From Octopus vulgaris (Eukaryota), in contig OX597838.1 in assembly GCA_951406725.2 (NCBI GenBank), positions 2,232,001 through 2,296,000 of the forward strand: a DNA stretch of 64,000 nucleotides, written 5' to 3'. The notes beneath the pieces are model-generated. The model was not told where the DNA came from, made no database searches, and saw only the letters and a list, made by a program, of their open reading frames with translations. Positions 1 to 14,614 of this stretch are shown here, in pieces. A program made the translations under genes and the position numbers. Numbering within the stretch: position 1 is the first letter of the stretch; every line of letters begins with the position of its first letter.

Positions 1-25
1 TTTATACAGTATATCTCTCTCTCTC

Positions 26-71
<46 letters not shown>

Positions 72-88
72 ATATATATATATGTATA

Positions 89-143
<55 letters not shown>

Positions 144-199
144 ATGTATATGTATGTATACACATATATGTATATATATATATATATATATATGTATGA

Positions 200-375
200 T
201 AGATCGCTAGCCACTAAACCCTTTTTATTTTCTCCCTGTTTATTTCTGTGTTCCTTTCTGTTGAAGAGCGTAGGCTCGAAACGTAAAAGACTTTCTCACT
301 ATTCCGAACGTTAAACTAATACATTTGTTTGTTGTTTCCACACACGTCTTCGTCTTTTGTTTTTTCATAAATTCT
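200..375 (+). mobile_element. Short microsatellite-flanked element (Penelope pLTR-like) with hammerhead-like variant motif; second copy at 50047-50231 (-)
   Basis: Matches the reverse complement of 50047-50231 (agatcgctagccacta...gaagagcgtagg(c/t)tcgaaacgt...actaatacat(t/c)tgtttgttgt). Motif at 254-289: CTTT-CTGTTGAA-GAGC gtag GCTC-GAAA-CG-TA-AAAG. Confidence 0.7.
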
Positions 376-392
376 GACTCTCTCTCTCTCTC

Positions 393-462
<70 letters not shown>

Positions 463-639
463 TAGTCTTTTTCTCTTTTACTCGTTTTGGTAATGCTGGA
501 GCACCACCTTCGTGGACATTCCTGTCATAGACGAGAGATGAGGAGACGGCAATTATATTGGAATTATCTGCACAAATCATTTGTTTATTGTGATCAAATG
601 TTAGTGCTGTACATTATCTTACCTGTCCCTCCATCAAAT

Positions 640-830
640 TGGCATTTCTTGTACAGGTGTATGGTTAGCCACACGGCAGATGTGGAATTGATCGCAGTAC
701 AACGTGGAATAAAACGTTCTGCTCAAGAAGACAGCGCACTCACCGCTCGCCCGCTCGCTAGGCCATGATCCCAGCAGCGCGAAAGCAGTACCGTAAACGC
801 TGGGCCGTTAGGAGCATGTCAAAAGTGGTA
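640..830 (-). mobile_element. Highly diverged tRNA-derived SINE (family B)
   Basis: 'aacgtggaataaaacgttctgctcaagaagacagcgca' resembles 'aagtgaaataaagtgttttgctcaagaacacaacacgca' at 34386. Confidence 0.5.
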
Positions 831-1288
831 TCTATACATGGCTGTGTAGACTGGACCAATAGAACTTAAATACATATATTACCTGAAAAGTCAGCGATAA
901 TAGTAAAGGATAAAGACGGAAAACGAACGGCAAACAGCTCAGTGAACAGAGCGAAATGGTAACAAATCGACTACCTGTAGCTGTTCAAAGAACAATAGGG
1001 AGAAATAAGCGAAGTGTATGGCTGGCCATAAATTTAAAGTATGATATATAGCGATGAAGATCGATAAATCAATATGATTGGTTTCTATCTCTCTCTCTCT
1101 TCTTAATTGACTCTTAACTCAAGCTTTCAGAGTTCAAAAATCTTAGAACGGTCTCCGGATTCTTGAAAGACCGTTATTGCTTTCAGATACCCGAGAATAC
1201 TGCACCGAATACATTTCCTATTGAACCAACCACACATGTCTTATAACTAATCCACATAAGCATGAATGCATACATACACATGTAACAT

Positions 1289-1360
<72 letters not shown>

Positions 1361-1509
1361 GCGTGTATGTATAAATATAGGTGTATATATATATGTATAT
1401 ATGTGTATATGTATCAATATATAGGAAGAGAGAGAAATAGCCAAAGAGAGAGGAAAACAAAGGGAAAGAAAATGAGATAGCGAGACAGAGATAGATAGAT
1501 AGATATACG

Positions 1510-1540
<31 letters not shown>

Positions 1541-1741
1541 TTTTGTGTGTGTGGAAATGTGTATTAGTGTATGTGTGTGTGTGTGTGCGTGTATGTATGA
1601 GCAATAGATCTTTAACGAAGCTAATCATTCCTAATAATAGACATTTCGCAGGCGATGAATTAGAAGTCAGCTGATCTGATTTTAATGAAGAAACATTGCA
1701 GCTTGCATTTTAATCATTAATTTTCTCATTTAGATACCAAC

Positions 1742-1794
<53 letters not shown>

Positions 1795-1811
1795 TATAAA
1801 GATGTATATGC

Positions 1812-1844
<33 letters not shown>

Positions 1845-2041
1845 CTATATACATGTGAATCTATGTACGTGTATACACCACGTATTGTATTTATTGAATT
1901 TACTGTATATATAATAGTATAATATCGATGAATTGGTAATCTATATCTGATAGTATTTAAATTGTTAATCTATAGATACATGCATACATATATGTATTTA
2001 TACGTGTGTGTGTACATGTATGTATAACTATAAATGTATAT

Positions 2042-2091
<50 letters not shown>

Positions 2092-2556
2092 CACATATAT
2101 ATATACGCACACACACACACATATATATATATATGTGTGTGTTTCTATGTATATATATATATATATGTCCATAGCCCTTTATATTCTCCTATTAATTGGG
2201 TACTATTTCTGCAAAGGATTCACGTAACTGTATCAATCTCCCCAATAACAGTCAATAAAGAGACAATGAGACACAATCCACCGGTATTGGAGTTTAACGT
2301 CCCTTATCTGATTTTAATGAACAAACTTTCAGGCCTTTTATTTAATTTGATCACCTCATCAGTTGACCTTCTCGTCATTAATCTAAACCGATAGGTGTCG
2401 CTGTCCATTATTCAGAGAATGACCTAATTCTCTGCCCTTTGTCCTAAACCCACTCACTTTTACTTGCTGACACTCCATCTGCCCCTCTCCTATGATTGTG
2501 TCATTAGTTTATGATTGTATGTTATTACTTTTGCATTCCTCTTTATTTACAGTTCC

Positions 2557-2945
<389 letters not shown>

Positions 2946-3170
2946 TGTCATATACATACACATACAACCTTACACACAGTCATAGACCCCTCCCTGCGGT
3001 GGATGGCTCAGCGTGTGAACCGCCGAGCAATCCACACACCCACAGACACATACAAGCTTATGTAGGCTTACTTATATACATGTATGCATGTGTATGTCTG
3101 TGAATGAGTGTGTATGCTTATATAGATGTATAAATGCATATATACTCGTATGTATAGAAGTATATTTTCA

Positions 3171-3212
<42 letters not shown>

Positions 3213-3469
3213 AATATATATATATATAATACATACACATACACACACAAATATGGTTTCTCTCTCATTTCGTCTTCTCTGATATCCTAATATCCCACCC
3301 CACCCCCACATGCAGGAAGCGCTCCTACCGCAACCCTCTGCTGCTCTTTCCTCTCCCTTCCACTCATTCCCCAGCCCACCACCAACCCATGTTTTTCATT
3401 ATTACAAAACCTATCAATCACGCCAATCTCTTTTGTATTGATCCAATTGATACCTCGATAGCAGTGTGC

Positions 3470-3555
3470 TGATGAGGATGGTGGTGGTGGTGGTAGTGGT
3501 GGTGGTGGTGGTGATTGTGGTCGTGGCGGTGTTAGCAGGGGAGCCTCTAATAGTG

Positions 3556-3643
<88 letters not shown>

Positions 3644-3974
3644 TAGTGGTAGTGGTAGTAGTAGTAGTATGGATTTTGAAGTTACAGTCAATGGTCGTGT
3701 TGCAGCTTCTGTTGTTGGTTGTTTTGGTGTTTTTGCTGTTGGTCAAGATGGCGTTTGTGTTGGTAGCGATGGTGGTGGCGATAGTGGTGCTGGTGGTCGT
3801 GGTGGTCGTGGCGGCGGTGAAGGTATGGCTGTCGCTTTAATTGTTGTTGCTGTTTGTGCTATTGTTTTTTTGGTCTTACTCTGGTAAAACGGTGCTCAAA
3901 ATGGCGCTGGCATCGGCCTAGACTTCTTCTTGTTTGTCATGACAATGTTGGTGATACTACTTCTACTTCTACTT

Positions 3975-4028
<54 letters not shown>

Positions 4029-4122
4029 TGACTACTACAACCGCCATCACCGACACCGCCATTAATAGTAGTACTGGCGATGGTAGGAGTTGCAGCAACA
4101 GCAGCAGCTGGAGTAGTAGTAC

Positions 4123-4161
<39 letters not shown>

Positions 4162-4182
4162 TAGTAGTAGTAGTAGTAGTAA

Positions 4183-4268
<86 letters not shown>

Positions 4269-4690
4269 CGTGGGGTGTCAAAGGCCGCCATTGATAGTAG
4301 AGAGGAGCTGATCTTGGTGCCATTGGTGTTGATGTTGGTATCTATGGTTTCGGCAGTGGCGTGGGTGGTGAGGGGATCCTGGTAGAGGTGCTTGGTACTG
4401 TTCATGTTGTTGTTATGTGGTGGTGTGGTGGTAGTAGGTGATGGTAGTGGTGCTGTCGGGGGTGATGTAGTTGATGTTGGCGGCAGCAGCAGCGGTGGTG
4501 GTGGTGGTGGTGGTAGTGATTTTGTTGTTGTTGCTGTTGTTGGTGGTGGAGGCGTGTGATGCGTTGGTGGGGATGGGGGCGGTGGCGGTGGTGGTGGTGC
4601 TGTAGGTGGTGGCACTGGCGTTGGAATTGGTGGTGGCGGTTGTAAATGGTGGTGTTCGTGTTGGTGTTGGCGGTGATGATGATTAAATCA
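3470..4690. repeat. Compound trinucleotide low-complexity tract (GGT/TAG/CTA/GTT)
   Basis: Seen directly; explains the poly-V/T/S/L ORFs. Confidence 0.95.
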
Positions 4691-5017
4691 GGTTTCAACG
4701 ACGGCCATGTTTATCCAACCCGTGCAACCAGAGTGAAAATTATTGTGATTTATCGCCGGAGTTCAATCCATGGGAAAGTCTGTTAATTAACTTCCCAAAT
4801 CCTTTCCTTCAACATTCGCCGATCAAACCGTGAGAGAAGTGTACGTTTACTTGTGTGTGTGTGTGTGTGGTTATGTGCACGCGCTTACGTGTGTGTGTAT
4901 ACATATACGTCTATATGTGTGAGATTGTAGGATTATATGTGTGCGTGTGTATATGTGTGTGCATAAAACAAAGCGTGTATAAAACAAAGGGCAACTGTAA
5001 GTATATGTGCATACATG

Positions 5018-5090
<73 letters not shown>

Positions 5091-5182
5091 ATATACACTC
5101 ACACACACAAATATGTATGTATTTGTACACAATATGTTTGTATATGTATGTGTGTATTAACATATATACATATACATATTTA

Positions 5183-5243
<61 letters not shown>

Positions 5244-5984
5244 GTATATAGATATATGCAGTGATACATACATATATATATATATACACACACACACATA
5301 TATATACACACACACACACACAATATACAGGTATATTAAATACGTTGCAATAGAACTGTTTGATTTATGAAAGATATCTCCGCCTCTAGGAGATGTGCAA
5401 TAATTACTAAACAGTGATAATCTAAAGCAGATAATTTAAAGGAGAAAACCCTTCAAGGTCCAAGAGTTTCTCCGACATTGCCATGCCATTAACGCGCACG
5501 TGTTCCTGACTCAATAGCCGTCATTAGCACGTCGATCGTCCCCAACTTATTTCCAGGCGACAACAGACTTAGATTTATTCGAAAGGAGTTGAATATGTTT
5601 ATGGTCGAATTGATTTGCATAATTTAAGGAACTGTGAGCAAAGACAAATAGGATGGGGCGACCATTTGGCATTTGTTTGAACAACATATACAAATACAGA
5701 TATATTAAATAGTGTACAATATAGGTACTTGCTCTGTAACAATTATCTCCGCCTCTAGAAACTATATCTTAATTAGCAAGTGACAATTAAGAACATCTGC
5801 GTGTGTAAGGAAATACATACATACATTCATATATTTACACACACACACATATATGTATGTGTGTATGTGCATTATAAATATATATGTATATATATTATAT
5901 CATATTATATTATATCATATTATATTATATTATATTATATTATATTATATTATATTATATTATATGTGTGTGTATGTATATGTT

Positions 5985-6342
<358 letters not shown>

Positions 6343-6369
6343 GTATGTATACTTATTGACTGAGATGTA

Positions 6370-7290
6370 TTATACAGGTACAGATGATTTGGGCGGTCCG
6401 TTAAAGAAACTTATCCAGATATCGTCTTCTTTTTTATTTGTTTTGGGGACAATATCAAATAGAACAAAACCTGTTGAAGAAAAGCAATTGTATTGCAGCG
6501 AAGCTGTATGTTTTGTGTCTGAAATGTGTCGTAATGGTGAGGTGATGGTGCATATTGCGCAAGCTCTCAGCTTTGTATGAATTCTGAACTTGGCGTTAAG
6601 GTCGTTTGGGTAATGCCAGTGGCACATTCTTATTGTAGCGCTGACAACGGCATTGGAAAGAATAATGTTCCAATGTTTTAAGGCGTTCCCAATAATCAAA
6701 ATTTGTCACGCTGTTTATTTTGAAATGATTACCCTCTGGTGTATCTCAGTTTTCTTAATGAGTTGATTGGTGCTGAGAGACCACAGCGAGCAGCTGTATT
6801 CTAGCTGTGGCCAGAATGGAAAGAAGAAGGGAAATGATGATATCCGGCTTTCTAGACCAGGAAGTTCTGAGTATCCTATGTCTCTGATGTTATTGGATGC
6901 CATGCGTTGTAATTCTGAAGAAAGATAATATGGCTGCTTAAACATACTCTCTTTTCCAAAGTGCAGGAGTTTAAATTTTACTTCATTTAGCCTCATTCTG
7001 AGTTTGTCTGTCTATTGAATTACAGCATGCAGGTCAGACTGGAGTTTTGTTCCATCTTCTCCATTGGGTTAGGGTTAGGGTTAGAGTTAGGGTTAGTGGA
7101 CCCAAAACAGTCCCTTGGGGACCACCACTGGTGAACTTTGTAGGGCTTGAATAGGATTCCATCAATCAGAACTGGCTGGGTTCTGTTTGCCAGGTAATGC
7201 TTGACCCAGGGCAGTAGCTTACTAGACTTTGAAATGTTGGATACTTTTAACCGGAGGATATTGTGGTTGACTCTAGGAAATCATGTCATT
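6370..7290 (-). mobile_element. CR1/L2-like LINE ORF2 remnant (RT domain and C-terminus), degenerate
   Basis: Minus-strand translations give GGPQGTVLGPL, KLQSDLHAV, MRLNEVKFKLLHFG, PQLEYSCSLWS and [16 protein letters not shown], with stops and frameshifts. Confidence 0.85.
7064..7096 (+). repeat. Short interstitial telomeric repeat, about 5 TTAGGG-type units
   Basis: ttggg TTAGGG TTAGGG TTAGAG TTAGGG TTAG. Confidence 0.85.
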
Positions 7291-7667
7291 GTATCTCTTC
7301 ATTAACGTCCCTCAAGCTATTATACTACTTCATATCACTCTCCATACGTCGATCGTTTTACCGTTCTGTCTATCTCCTCCTAATTATTTTATTTATTTTT
7401 CAATCAGTGGACTGCGGTCATGCTGGGGCCCCGCCTTGAAATATTCGACATTGTTACCACGTGCAAGAACTTAAGTTTGAAGTGAGGTACATATTGTCCT
7501 CCTTTTCTCGAATCGTTGAGTTAAAAAATATAAAAGACACCCCGACACACTCTCAAATGCAATACCCACACTCACACACGCGAACACACACACACACACA
7601 CACAAACACACACACTCATTTAATGTGTGTATATATATGCATGTGAAGAGAGAGAGAGAATTATTTA

Positions 7668-7795
7668 TCTGTCCGTCTACCAATTCCTCTCGCAAAACTT
7701 TGGTCACCTGCATCTTACAATGCAAGACATTTCTTCAAATACGATCGAACCTGAAACCACGTGGGATCTCACGGGAGATCTTTGACCACATAACC
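7668..7795 (-). mobile_element. Diverged SINE family A 5' half
   Basis: 'ccgtctaccaattcctctcgcaaaactttggtc...cgaacctgaaaccacgtgg' resembles 29460-29600. Confidence 0.55.
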
Positions 7796-7814
7796 CCCTA
7801 TGTGCACCCTCCCC

Positions 7815-7855
<41 letters not shown>

Positions 7856-7977
7856 TATATAAATATACATATATGTAACAGTTTATATATAAATATAAAG
7901 TATATGACGTATTCCACATATATCTGTAAGTGGTATATATGTGTGTGCGTGTGTAATATATATATACATATATATAT

Positions 7978-8095
<118 letters not shown>

Positions 8096-8409
8096 GGTGT
8101 GTCTCTGTGTTTGTATGTTCTGACTCTTTCGCCATATATGTAGAAATCAATCGATCAATCCATCAGTGTATCTCTAAATTTATCGATAAATCTATCCAAA
8201 AGGTCCCCCCCTCTCAGCCCCTCAAGCCCCCCCTCATTTTCTCATTTTCTCTTTCTTTATCTCTATCTCAATATCTTCGGTACAATCTCCAGTTCTGTTC
8301 TGTTCTCTCTGGCTCCTAAATTTCACTACATACCCGCATACATGCACCTATACACATTTTTGCGCTGTACATATATACATGTGTAAATAAATGCGTACCT
8401 ATACCATAT

Positions 8410-8447
<38 letters not shown>

Positions 8448-8549
8448 GCGGACGGACGTAAATACACGTATACATACATATATACACATCAACTTACTTC
8501 GACACATACAGAGACATAAGCATATGTACATGCAAACACATATACACAG

Positions 8550-8605
<56 letters not shown>

Positions 8606-9149
8606 TACCTACATAATCACCTACACACGCATACACACAATTGAACAAGCAAGCGCACACGCTTTCCCTCACACTAGTCCATTCTTCATCTATCTTCCCG
8701 CCATTTTCTCTTTCTCTCACCACCCCCACCCTCTCTTTTACATCTCCTTCATTCTATCAATGCCTACTTTCACTTTCATATTCATCCACCGACCACCGCA
8801 TCCCTCCCCCCAACTCCAGTCACAGTAATTTCACGGTACACCCCCTACCCTTCCCCCCTCCTCTTTCCAATCAACCCATTATTTCCAATCAGTTATCTCC
8901 ACACACCCAATAATCATTTCTCCCAACCTCCACCACCACCGCCTCCACCACCACCACTCACGCACACATTACTTTCATTATCTGTTCCCATCTTTAGACA
9001 GATACACTTACGTTCATACATATATGTGTGTGTTTGCATACATAAGAGCCTACTCAAGCACACATACTCACACATAGACACACACACACACAATTCCATG
9101 TCAGTTCTATTGTCCCTTAAACACACCCAAGAGATTCATTTACTCTCTT

Positions 9150-9439
9150 TTTGCTTGCTGTCTTCTTCTTTTTCTTTTTCTACTTCATCTTCTTCTTCTT
9201 CTCCTTCTTCGTCTTCTTCTTCTCCTCCTCCTCCTTCTTCTCCTTCTTCTTCTACTTCTTCTTCTTCTTCTTTTTCTTCTTCTCCTATGCTGTTTCTCTT
9301 TTTCCTCTCCATTATCATCTCCTTTTTTCCCTCCTCCCCCGCTCATCCAGCTCATCCTCATCCTCATCTTTGTCATCGTTGTCGTCGTCATCCGCCTCTT
9401 TCTTTTCCTTCATCATCATCATCAACACCTACTACTACA

Positions 9440-9501
<62 letters not shown>

Positions 9502-9505
9502 CTTC
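9150..9505. repeat. (CTT/CCT)n and (CTA)n microsatellites
   Basis: Seen directly. Confidence 0.9.
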
Positions 9506-9549
9506 TGCCTCCTAATATCCACAGTATGTTGACCTTTGCTTCCAATAAA

Positions 9550-9735
9550 ACTGGAGTAGCATAATCGTTAGAACACGAGATAAAAATATCCTCATTTTAT
9601 TAGTTGTGGATTTTTAAGATATATTTTTTGAGTTCAAATTCTGCTGTGGTCGTCTTTGCCTTTTATCCAAGATCGATGCAATATAATGCGATCGATATAA
9701 TCAACTTGCGTCTTCCTCCAAATTCTAATCCCTGT
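9550..9735 (+). mobile_element. Diverged SINE family D
   Basis: 'tgagttcaaattctgctgtggtcgtctttgccttttatcc...tcgatataatcaact' is homologous to the copies at 46274 and 62040. Confidence 0.65.
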
Positions 9736-10974
9736 CCCTGATTTGTACCTGAATGCGATGGGTGGTAATTCCACTTTTGCCATGTTTACATATCTGGTTT
9801 ACATATATGCATTGATGAGGACCAATTAGCTCACATGTTCTGGAGAGCTTGCAGAACGGAGGTTCTCATTTTTTTTTATTAAATTGGTCATTTGGTAGCT
9901 GGGTATTGGTTAGAGCAGCTATCGTGCTGACGATGACCATCGCACAAGAGGCATATATCCGTAACTATCTTTTAATCTCCTTATGTCCAAATCTTTGGTG
10001 TGGTTATACTAGCGAGGGGCACTGTTATTTCGAGATATACTCAACTGGCCAGAATCGCCACTATACAGGAATGTCCAAATACGCACAGCGATAAACCCGT
10101 GCAACCTCTAATTGTGCCGTGTCCAAGTATTGCTTAGAGTTGTTCTATTTACCCTAGTCATGTGTCCCCAGTCACCTAGTTGTCCAGTGTCCGAGCATTG
10201 CTGACTTGTAGAGTTATGTGGAACCGTTTGTTTTTGCATGCAGGATGGATCTTGCCTGTTCTCATTCTTTCTACTGCAGGGATCTCCCCCACTGCTCGCC
10301 TTTAATAAGGGAAGTAGGCGGTGTTTCTCCGTGGGGTGGCTCTGGCGAATGAAATTATACGATGGACGACGAAGAAATATTTGAGGTGAGACAACTTCCA
10401 CTTCGGTTCAGCCCTCATCGAGTTTTTCAAGTTCCACTCAGAAACTAAAATAAGGATGGGGGAGGAAGTGCTTTCCTCCAGCCAGTTTCTTGGGGCGGGG
10501 GGATGACTCCGGGATAAAAATGAGGGTGAATGGAACTACTCTAGGTCTGCAGCTTTAGATATCACAAAAAAGACAAATTTATTGACAACATATTTTTATA
10601 GGAAGAAAAGAAAAGAAAATATAAAAAGAATAAAAGACCAAATTATCGACGGGAAAAAAGAACTTAACAACCGCAGCAAGGAAACAGAACGGGAAGAATT
10701 GTTGGGGGTGGTTAAGCATCCGAAAGTGGAGGAGGGGGAGGGGAGTAATGGGTTGTACGCTTCAGGTCAAATGGCGTGTTCAGCCGCACCTCGTGGACAT
10801 GGCTGCTGAGGATGTGCCGCGGTGACGGGCGCTAACGAAACACATTGCAACAAAGTACCCCACATTTAGGGACTCATTTATCGGACGGGCCGCAGTTATC
10901 CCGATTTTGCCGAAGGAAATCGGTATTGCGAGGTCTGAGAACCCTTGAGAAGAAGAAGAGCAACAACAACAATA

Positions 10975-11016
10975 ACGATGATGAAGATGGTGATGATAAT
11001 GAAGGTGGTGATGATA

Positions 11017-11093
<77 letters not shown>

Positions 11094-11118
11094 GGTGGTG
11101 GTGGTGGTGGTGATGATA

Positions 11119-11195
<77 letters not shown>

Positions 11196-11263
11196 GGTGG
11201 TGGTGGTGGTGGTGATGATAATGATGATAATGAAGGTGGTGATGATAATGATGATGATGATGG

Positions 11264-11342
<79 letters not shown>

Positions 11343-11430
11343 GGTGGTGGTGGTGGTGGTGGTGGTGGTGGTGGTGGTGGTGATGATGATGATGATGATG
11401 ATGATGATAAGGCTGATGCTGCTGCTGATG

Positions 11431-11493
<63 letters not shown>

Positions 11494-11535
11494 GTTATTA
11501 TTATTATTATTATTATTGTTATTATTATTATCGTT
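10975..11535. repeat. Compound (GAT)n/(GGT)n/(TAT)n microsatellite with higher-order blocks
   Basis: The block 'gatgataatgaaggtggtgatgataat(gat)n(ggt)n' is repeated. Confidence 0.95.
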
Positions 11536-11720
11536 GTTGTAACTGCAGTTACTCGCCATCGTCACCATCGCCTCCTTCATATTTATCCTCTCTTTTGTTA
11601 TTTCTTTCGCCTTTCCTTAATTCTCAATCCAATTTGTTTCATAAAATCTTCCCTTTTAGCATCATCATCATCACCATCATCACTACAGTAATCGACGTTG
11701 TCACAAGCACCATCACCACC

Positions 11721-11791
<71 letters not shown>

Positions 11792-13540
11792 CACCTCCAT
11801 CTTGTTCCACTCTACTCCCGCCCCTCATTCTACTGCCCGCTCCTACCATTCTCCCTTCTTCCCACTCCCCCCTTATGAACCAATTCCAATGAAAGGATTC
11901 ACGTTTGGGCCCTGGCAAATGCAATTAAAACCAAATACAATTGACCATAGGTAGATATATTGTAGAGAAGAATGCGCAGATCCTTTCCTAATTCCAGTAT
12001 TTACCACTTTTCTTCTTCTCCTTCATCTCCTTCTCCTCCTTCACCTTCTTTTTCTTCTTCTCCTTCTCCTTCAAATCTTACCTGGCTCTTACCTTTTCTT
12101 CCACTACACCCCAGATCCTTACTCTCCGCACTCTCAACGTCTCAACATCCCATCCGCACCCTCAACCTCTGTTTTTCTATAGATTTAGGAAGAAATTCTA
12201 CAAGAAAATACAAACCAACTTGGAACGGTTTTTATCAAATTAAGAAATTTCACAATCGTAACTGCTTTAATATCATTGGCAAGAATTCAAATAAGTTTGA
12301 TAAGTTGCCGTGAAATTATATAAAATTCTGCTTGCAAACAATGGAGAAATAAGATTCTGTACCTTTTTTCTTGTACGTTTTTGCCTTGTGGATTAATCGG
12401 AAATTCCTCGTCAGCCAATTTTACACTTATCCGACAAAAAATTGAGTTTCTCCTTAAACTTTACGACTTACTCTGGCTGTTTCAAGAAGGAGAGAGAAAG
12501 GGAGAGAGAGAGAGAGAGAGAAAGAGTAGGTTGATAACATAATGCTTTGTGTGTTCAATCCATGTTCGTCTAACGTAGAAGGAATTGATTTGGAAAAATT
12601 AAGTGAACGACAGATATAAATAAAATTGGGAGAATTCCTCAGAAAAGTGTGAACGAAGTTTAGGCTGGGTGGGGGCGAAGATTGGGAGGAGTGAGAAGAG
12701 TGAGAGTCAAGAGTAAGAGTGAAGTGGGAACAAAATTTGGAGAAATTTCTCTGATATTCCGGGTTATTTCTCTTCTCACTTCTCTTTGGAATGGTGAGCT
12801 GCGTCCGAAAGTACGAATCTTTGAGAATTTTCAAAGAAACACTAAAATCTCCTTCCCAAACATTCACCCACCACCTCACCACTTTCAGAAAGCTACAAAT
12901 TCCCAATTTTTCGCTTTTAGCTTTTTGGAAAGCGGGGAAGTTTCTTCAGAAATAATGTCATTTACCTGTTGTTTCTAGCATGTCGGGTTTTCTGGTGGTG
13001 GTCTGGTAGTTTTTACGCCTGCTATTTCAGTATAATTCTACGCATGCCTGAAACATCAGACGGAAGTGAAACAATGAGAGGTTTTAGATTCTGAAAGCGG
13101 GTTAAGTGAGGTGGGTAAGGGGCATTGAGTGTTTGTTTAAGAAAAATTAAACTTTAAAAAATATATATATATTTCCCAGATTCCTAATCTCTGTATTTTT
13201 CTACGTTGAAAAAAAAATTCGTAAAAAAGTTACAAATTAAAAAATTGTGGTGGGGCCGGGGGCGGGTAATTAAAATTTTAAAAACGTGATTTCTGGGCAA
13301 AATCGTATTAATCCCTTTTTATATGATGAGACAAAACATAGTTTGTGATCCTTCTTGAAAACAGAAAGCACTTTCAAGCAAACCCATGCATATTGTACTC
13401 CTCCCTCCACCTTTTAAACAAACAACAACATCCATTAGGCCAGTAATCCAGCTCGCTATATCTCAGCTGTGCAGATTCTGCCCAAAAGAAAGGAACAAAT
13501 AATACAATATGGCTGTAGGGCAACGCTAAGATGCATTGCG

Positions 13541-13590
<50 letters not shown>

Positions 13591-14331
13591 TGTATTTGTG
13601 TATTAAGGCTACCATTGGCTTCATATCAAGAAAAAATAGCTCAATATCTTAATTTTTCGACCTTATGATATGGAGTGATGGTGTTTGTCTCCATTTTGAA
13701 ACATTGTTAAAATGGTGCCATAGTTTTTTCTTAACAACAATAATATAAGTGGCCAGCAAGCATTAAAGCCCAAAAAGCAAATTTATAAATTCATAATTAA
13801 TTATTAATTATAAATATATAAATATATACATATTGTTTTTGATCTACGATCCTCTCCTACAGTATAAAAGTGGAGCCAATAATCCTAACCATTTACAGTT
13901 AGCTGATACACACAGAGGCGGAAGCCAGATTCGATACCGCTTCAGCTAGTGCCAAACTGACGCCGTAGTATCGCAACGACTAACCGAAAGAGAGGAGGTG
14001 ACAAAAATAAGTAGCCGTCCGTGACGAAACACAATTCCTGCTGTGATGTAACATTATTGAGAATGGCGACTCTAATAAAATTGGTGTACAGTTAAGATGT
14101 AATAACAATAGTGTCTACACTAAGAAGTATTGTATTCTAAAACAGGATGCACTCTAAATCTTAATATAATATTATAATTTGTTTCCTGAGAACAGAAACA
14201 ATTTTATTAAATGTGAAATATCGAAAATATTGCCATCACACGCACTTATTTCAACAGTCTTATACAAATATACGCTTCTTTGTATGTGTGCGCGTATGAG
14301 TGTGTGCGTGTGTGTATGTGTGCGCATCGGT

Positions 14332-14369
<38 letters not shown>

Positions 14370-14569
14370 GTGCGTGCATGCGTGTGTATGCATACGCTCG
14401 TTCGCATGAATGTATGTCCATACAAATAATGTACATTTTTATATATAAATGTTTATATGTGTGTGTGTGCGCGCACATATATGTGTGTATATGTGTGTGT
14501 GTGTATACATATATGTGTGCGCGCGTGTGTGTGTAGGTCTGCATATATACGTATATATACATGCATTTG

Positions 14570-14614
<45 letters not shown>

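Noticed and set aside
2310-2370. CTGATGA...GAAA on the minus strand as a hammerhead
   Set aside because: Helix II is weak, and no helix III or helix I partner is found.
9750-10550. Possible LINE 5'UTR/endonuclease remnant
   Set aside because: No convincing conserved motif recovered by eye.
10780-11954. Long ORFs (369, 266 and 248 aa)
   Set aside because: Open in several frames on both strands only because of GAT/GGT/TAT repeats.
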